NCBI GenBank assembly: GCA_965215565.1
Contig: CBDCDZ010000004.1
Span: 576,001 to 640,000, forward strand
Direction: 5' to 3'
Source: Trueperaceae bacterium
GTDB lineage: Bacteria; Deinococcota; Deinococci; Deinococcales; Trueperaceae
Length of the DNA: 64,000 nt
Shown here: positions 61,361-64,000 of the stretch, in pieces
Layout: each line of letters starts with the position of its first letter
Numbering within the stretch: the stretch's first letter is position 1
The notes under the pieces: generated by a model
Told to the model about the DNA's origin: nothing
Database searches by the model: none
Seen by the model: only the letters and a program-made list of their open reading frames with translations
Made by a program: the position numbers and the translations under genes

Positions 61361-61774
61361 TTAATTGCCGCCCGTCGCGATGGCGACGCGCTGCGCCCCA
61401 GCTTGCTTGATCAAGTCCATCACCCGTACGGGCAAGCCGTAGCGCACGCTCTGGTCAGCGCGGAGCACAACCGTATCCGACGCGCTCGACGCCAACACCT
61501 CGCGCAGCACCCCGACGAGGTCCCCCTCGGACACCTGCGCGCCGCCCACGAAGATCTGATCGTCTTGATTGATGGTGACGGTTGGCAACTCCGAGGACTG
61601 TGCCTGGCTGCTCTGCGCTTGGGGCAAATCGACAGGCAGCCCCGACTCGAGCGTGATGAACGTCGTTGAGACCATGAAAAAGATGACGAGCAAAAAGACC
61701 ACGTCCACCATCGGCGTGAGGTCGAGCCCCAGCCCGGTGCGGTTGCGGCGGCTAAGTCGCCCGAATCGGTTCAT
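61361..61774 (-). CDS. exbD: Biopolymer transport protein ExbD/TolR
   Basis: LTPMVDVVFLLVIFFMV, LRAD..V.YG..V.VMD. Confidence 0.9.
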   Translation of the reverse strand: MNRFGRLSRRNRTGLGLDLTPMVDVVFLLVIFFMVSTTFITLESGLPVDLPQAQSSQAQSSELPTVTINQDDQIFVGGAQVSEGDLVGVLREVLASSASDTVVLRADQSVRYGLPVRVMDLIKQAGAQRVAIATGGN

Positions 61775-62435
61775 AATCGTCCTCTACGTCTCCTTCGCTC
61801 CGTCTCTCTCGGGGGCGGTCCTCTTTGCGCCCCGAGACCACCTCGACGACGTTGCCCATCAGCTCTTCGCGGCGGCGCTCGATCTCCAAAAGGATGTTGT
61901 CCACGCGGCTCGAGAGGTAGTTGTAGCCGATAAGCGCCGGAATTGCCACGATGAGCCCCGCCGCCGTCGTCACGAGCGCCTGCCCAATGCCGTCCGCTAG
62001 TGCGGCGGGGTTGCCCGTGCCCTGCTGCGAAATTTCTGAAAACGCAACGATCATCCCCGTGACCGTACCCAAAAGCCCTAGAAGCGGCGCGATCTGCGCA
62101 ATCGTCCCGAGCGGGCGCAAGCCTTTCGTAAGCTGCTGCTCCTCCTCCAACGTCGCCTCTTGAAAGGCGGCTTCGACGGCGGCGCGTCCGTAGGGCAGGC
62201 GTGTCAGGGCAGCTTTGAGCACCCGCGCGATGGGTCCGCCATGATTTTCGCAGGCGACGAGCGCCATCTCGAGGTTGCGCTCGCGCACGGCGGCGTTGAC
62301 CCGCACCATCAGCCGGTCGACGTCCATGCGCTCTTTAGAGAGCTTCAGAAAACGCGCGAAAAAGAGGTAGAGCGCGTAGAGCGATACCAGGAGGATGGCG
62401 ATGAGAACAGGTCCACCACTGCGAAGAAGGTCCAT
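61752..62435 (-). CDS. exbB: MotA/TolQ/ExbB proton channel protein
   Basis: APLLGLLGTVTGM, GIGQALVTTAAGL.VAIPA. Confidence 0.9.
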   Translation of the reverse strand: MDLLRSGGPVLIAILLVSLYALYLFFARFLKLSKERMDVDRLMVRVNAAVRERNLEMALVACENHGGPIARVLKAALTRLPYGRAAVEAAFQEATLEEEQQLTKGLRPLGTIAQIAPLLGLLGTVTGMIVAFSEISQQGTGNPAALADGIGQALVTTAAGLIVAIPALIGYNYLSSRVDNILLEIERRREELMGNVVEVVSGRKEDRPRERRSEGDVEDDYEPIRAT

Positions 62436-62768
62436 AACGTCTGTATCCTAAGCGCCTCGGGGCTTAATCAGATGAGAGAGTGTAGGGTGCGCCATAGTCC
62501 TCTTTACTTTAACGCGGGAGCGACTGTCACGCTAGGTCTAAGATAACGTGTGTAAGGGTTCTATTAGCAGTTCCAAGACATACCGAGACGGATGAGCGCA
62601 GGTCTCTGTCCGCAAGGACTAGCGGGATTTCATCTCATAACGTGCGTGCTACTTTCTGAAAGCCCGCAGGGACGCAGTTTTCGCAGAGCGAATGACGTAG
62701 TTTTCCGAAGGAAACGACGTTCTCAAAAGTAAGAGTGTCTCAAACCAGATGAACTTAGTATAGAGTTG

Positions 62769-63707
62769 TCAAGCCCCCTTCCACCTCTGTGGGTGCTGCT
62801 GAGTGACTTGCAGCATGAAACGAAAGAGTTCTCTTGCGAGATAGGTTTTGAGACTTCTTAGAGCAGCCCGGCGGGTCTTGCCTTGCTGCTGTTTCTTGTC
62901 GAGATAGGCTCTTGTCGGTTCGCTGTGGCGCAGTCTGACTTGGGCAATCATGTGAAAGGTGCGGTTGAGCCGACGGTTGCCGCCGATGTTGAGTTGCCTT
63001 CTCTTCTGACCACCAGAAGAGCGCTCGACAGGCGCACAACCTGAATACATGGCAAAGGCGTGTTGTGAACGAAAGCGTCGGATGTCACCTGCTTCAGCAA
63101 GTAGCGTGGCGGCGTGAACGACGCCGACGCCAAAGACCTCTAAGAGTTCAGGCATCAGTTCGTCAACGAGGGCTTTCATCGCCTGCTCGAGCGTCTTGAG
63201 TTGTTCTTTAAGCACTGCAATAACGGCTTCGACGGCTTGGCGAGCCACCTCTAGCTCAAGGCTCGCTAAGCTCAGCTTGTGCGCTGTAAGCTGTTTAGCT
63301 AGCGCTTCTCGGGTGCGGGTCAGATGTTTGAGGTCTTCAACCGCTTGCCGAGGTGCAAACGTAGTCAGCTCAGGATTAGCCAAAGCAGCCCGAGCTACGT
63401 TTTCAGCGTCTACCTCATCACTCTTCTTGCGTCCTCTTTTGCTGCGGTACTGACTCGTCAGACTCGGACTAATGTCCACAACCTTATGGTCCTGCCCGAG
63501 CAACGCTTGACTCAACCTCCGAGCAAAGGGGTTATTCGCCCCTTCAATAGCGCACCGCTGAACGTCATAGCGCTTTATCCAGTGCTCCAAAGTTGCCAAG
63601 CCCTCAGCCGTATTCGTAACGGTGCAGTGACCTAATACCTTGCCCTGTTTATCTAACGCTGCTGCGGTATGGCTCTGCGGATGTGGATCAACCCCTATAA
63701 TGACCAT
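62769..63707 (-). CDS. IS110 family recombinase/transposase
   Basis: DEDD RuvC motifs GVDPH, IEG, KSDEVDA; Tnp domain GVG...A..L.AE.GDI.RF, RSSG, GNRRL; AAGGAGG RBS. Confidence 0.95.
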   Translation of the reverse strand: MVIIGVDPHPQSHTAAALDKQGKVLGHCTVTNTAEGLATLEHWIKRYDVQRCAIEGANNPFARRLSQALLGQDHKVVDISPSLTSQYRSKRGRKKSDEVDAENVARAALANPELTTFAPRQAVEDLKHLTRTREALAKQLTAHKLSLASLELEVARQAVEAVIAVLKEQLKTLEQAMKALVDELMPELLEVFGVGVVHAATLLAEAGDIRRFRSQHAFAMYSGCAPVERSSGGQKRRQLNIGGNRRLNRTFHMIAQVRLRHSEPTRAYLDKKQQQGKTRRAALRSLKTYLARELFRFMLQVTQQHPQRWKGA

Positions 63708-63724
63708 ACAACCTCCTTAGGTTG

Positions 63725-63865
63725 CTGCTCACGGTAGCTGCTTATCCGTCTATGAGGCTACTAAGCGTCTTAGTATCAGGCAAGCTCCGTGTAGCTTAGT
63801 GAGCGAGGTGTGCAGTTCATCTGTTAGCCCTAAAGCTGATACTTGCTGGGCATCACCTCGCTTCT
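63725..63865 (-). ncRNA. Predicted IS110 bridge RNA
   Basis: Two stem-internal-loop domains whose loops match the target and donor sequences. Confidence 0.82.
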
Positions 63866-63889
63866 CTTAATATACGGATACCTGCTATG

Positions 63890-64000
63890 TACTAAATCCT
63901 CTGCGAAATAGACTTAGAGTAGAGGAGTAGGCTAAAGTAGAGGATGAACGTCGAGAAGCTAAAGAGACGCCCGAAGCACTTACACAACTTCACAGGTTTA
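63890..64000 (+). mobile_element. Possible left end of another IS (IS5/ISL2-like), truncated by window end
   Basis: TACTAAATCC end; ORF from 63944 MNVEKLKRRPKHLHNFTGL resembles HTH_Tnp_4-type N-termini. Confidence 0.35.

Larger units (their letters stand above)
62753..63876 (-). mobile_element. IS110 family insertion sequence
   Basis: No TIRs; bounded by a GA core at 62751-52 and 63877-78; empty site known from sister MITE copies. Confidence 0.9.
62565..63887 (-). mobile_element. MITE family B long form interrupted by IS110
   Basis: 62565-62752 joined to 63879-63887 reconstructs a 197-bp element collinear with 54906-55112. Confidence 0.85.

Noticed and set aside
1..64000. CRISPR array or cas genes
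   Set aside because: No regularly spaced identical repeats with unique spacers; the 25365-25486 repeats are nested, not arrayed.

Overview
GC-rich bacterial chromosome segment, most likely Deinococcota (Truepera-like; inferred from gene content and many leaderless -10 promoters). It carries housekeeping and metabolic genes (5' part of gyrB, split methylmalonyl-CoA mutase, glpFKD, gabT, recN, ispH, lepA, ftsE, tRNA-Ile) mixed with accessory genes. The most notable content is non-coding. (1) An intact IS110 element (62753-63876) is inserted in the terminal repeat of a MITE family. Its non-coding end folds into a bridge RNA whose target guides match that MITE end and whose donor guides match the IS circle junction; four unoccupied copies of the target lie in the window. 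(2) There are at least five MITE families with TA or 3-bp AT-rich duplications, two of them nested reciprocally. (3) Very small (21-42 nt) structured modules insert into those MITEs and into each other without duplications, including a triple-nested 41-nt three-way-junction element with covarying stems. Protein-level oddities include an ExbB-ExbD-TonB-like protein ending in a DUF3048-type domain, a P-loop ATPase + TPR pair, an integron-cassette-like rpiB and a mosaic PQQ-dehydrogenase lipoprotein. All family calls come from motif recognition by eye; no searches were run.
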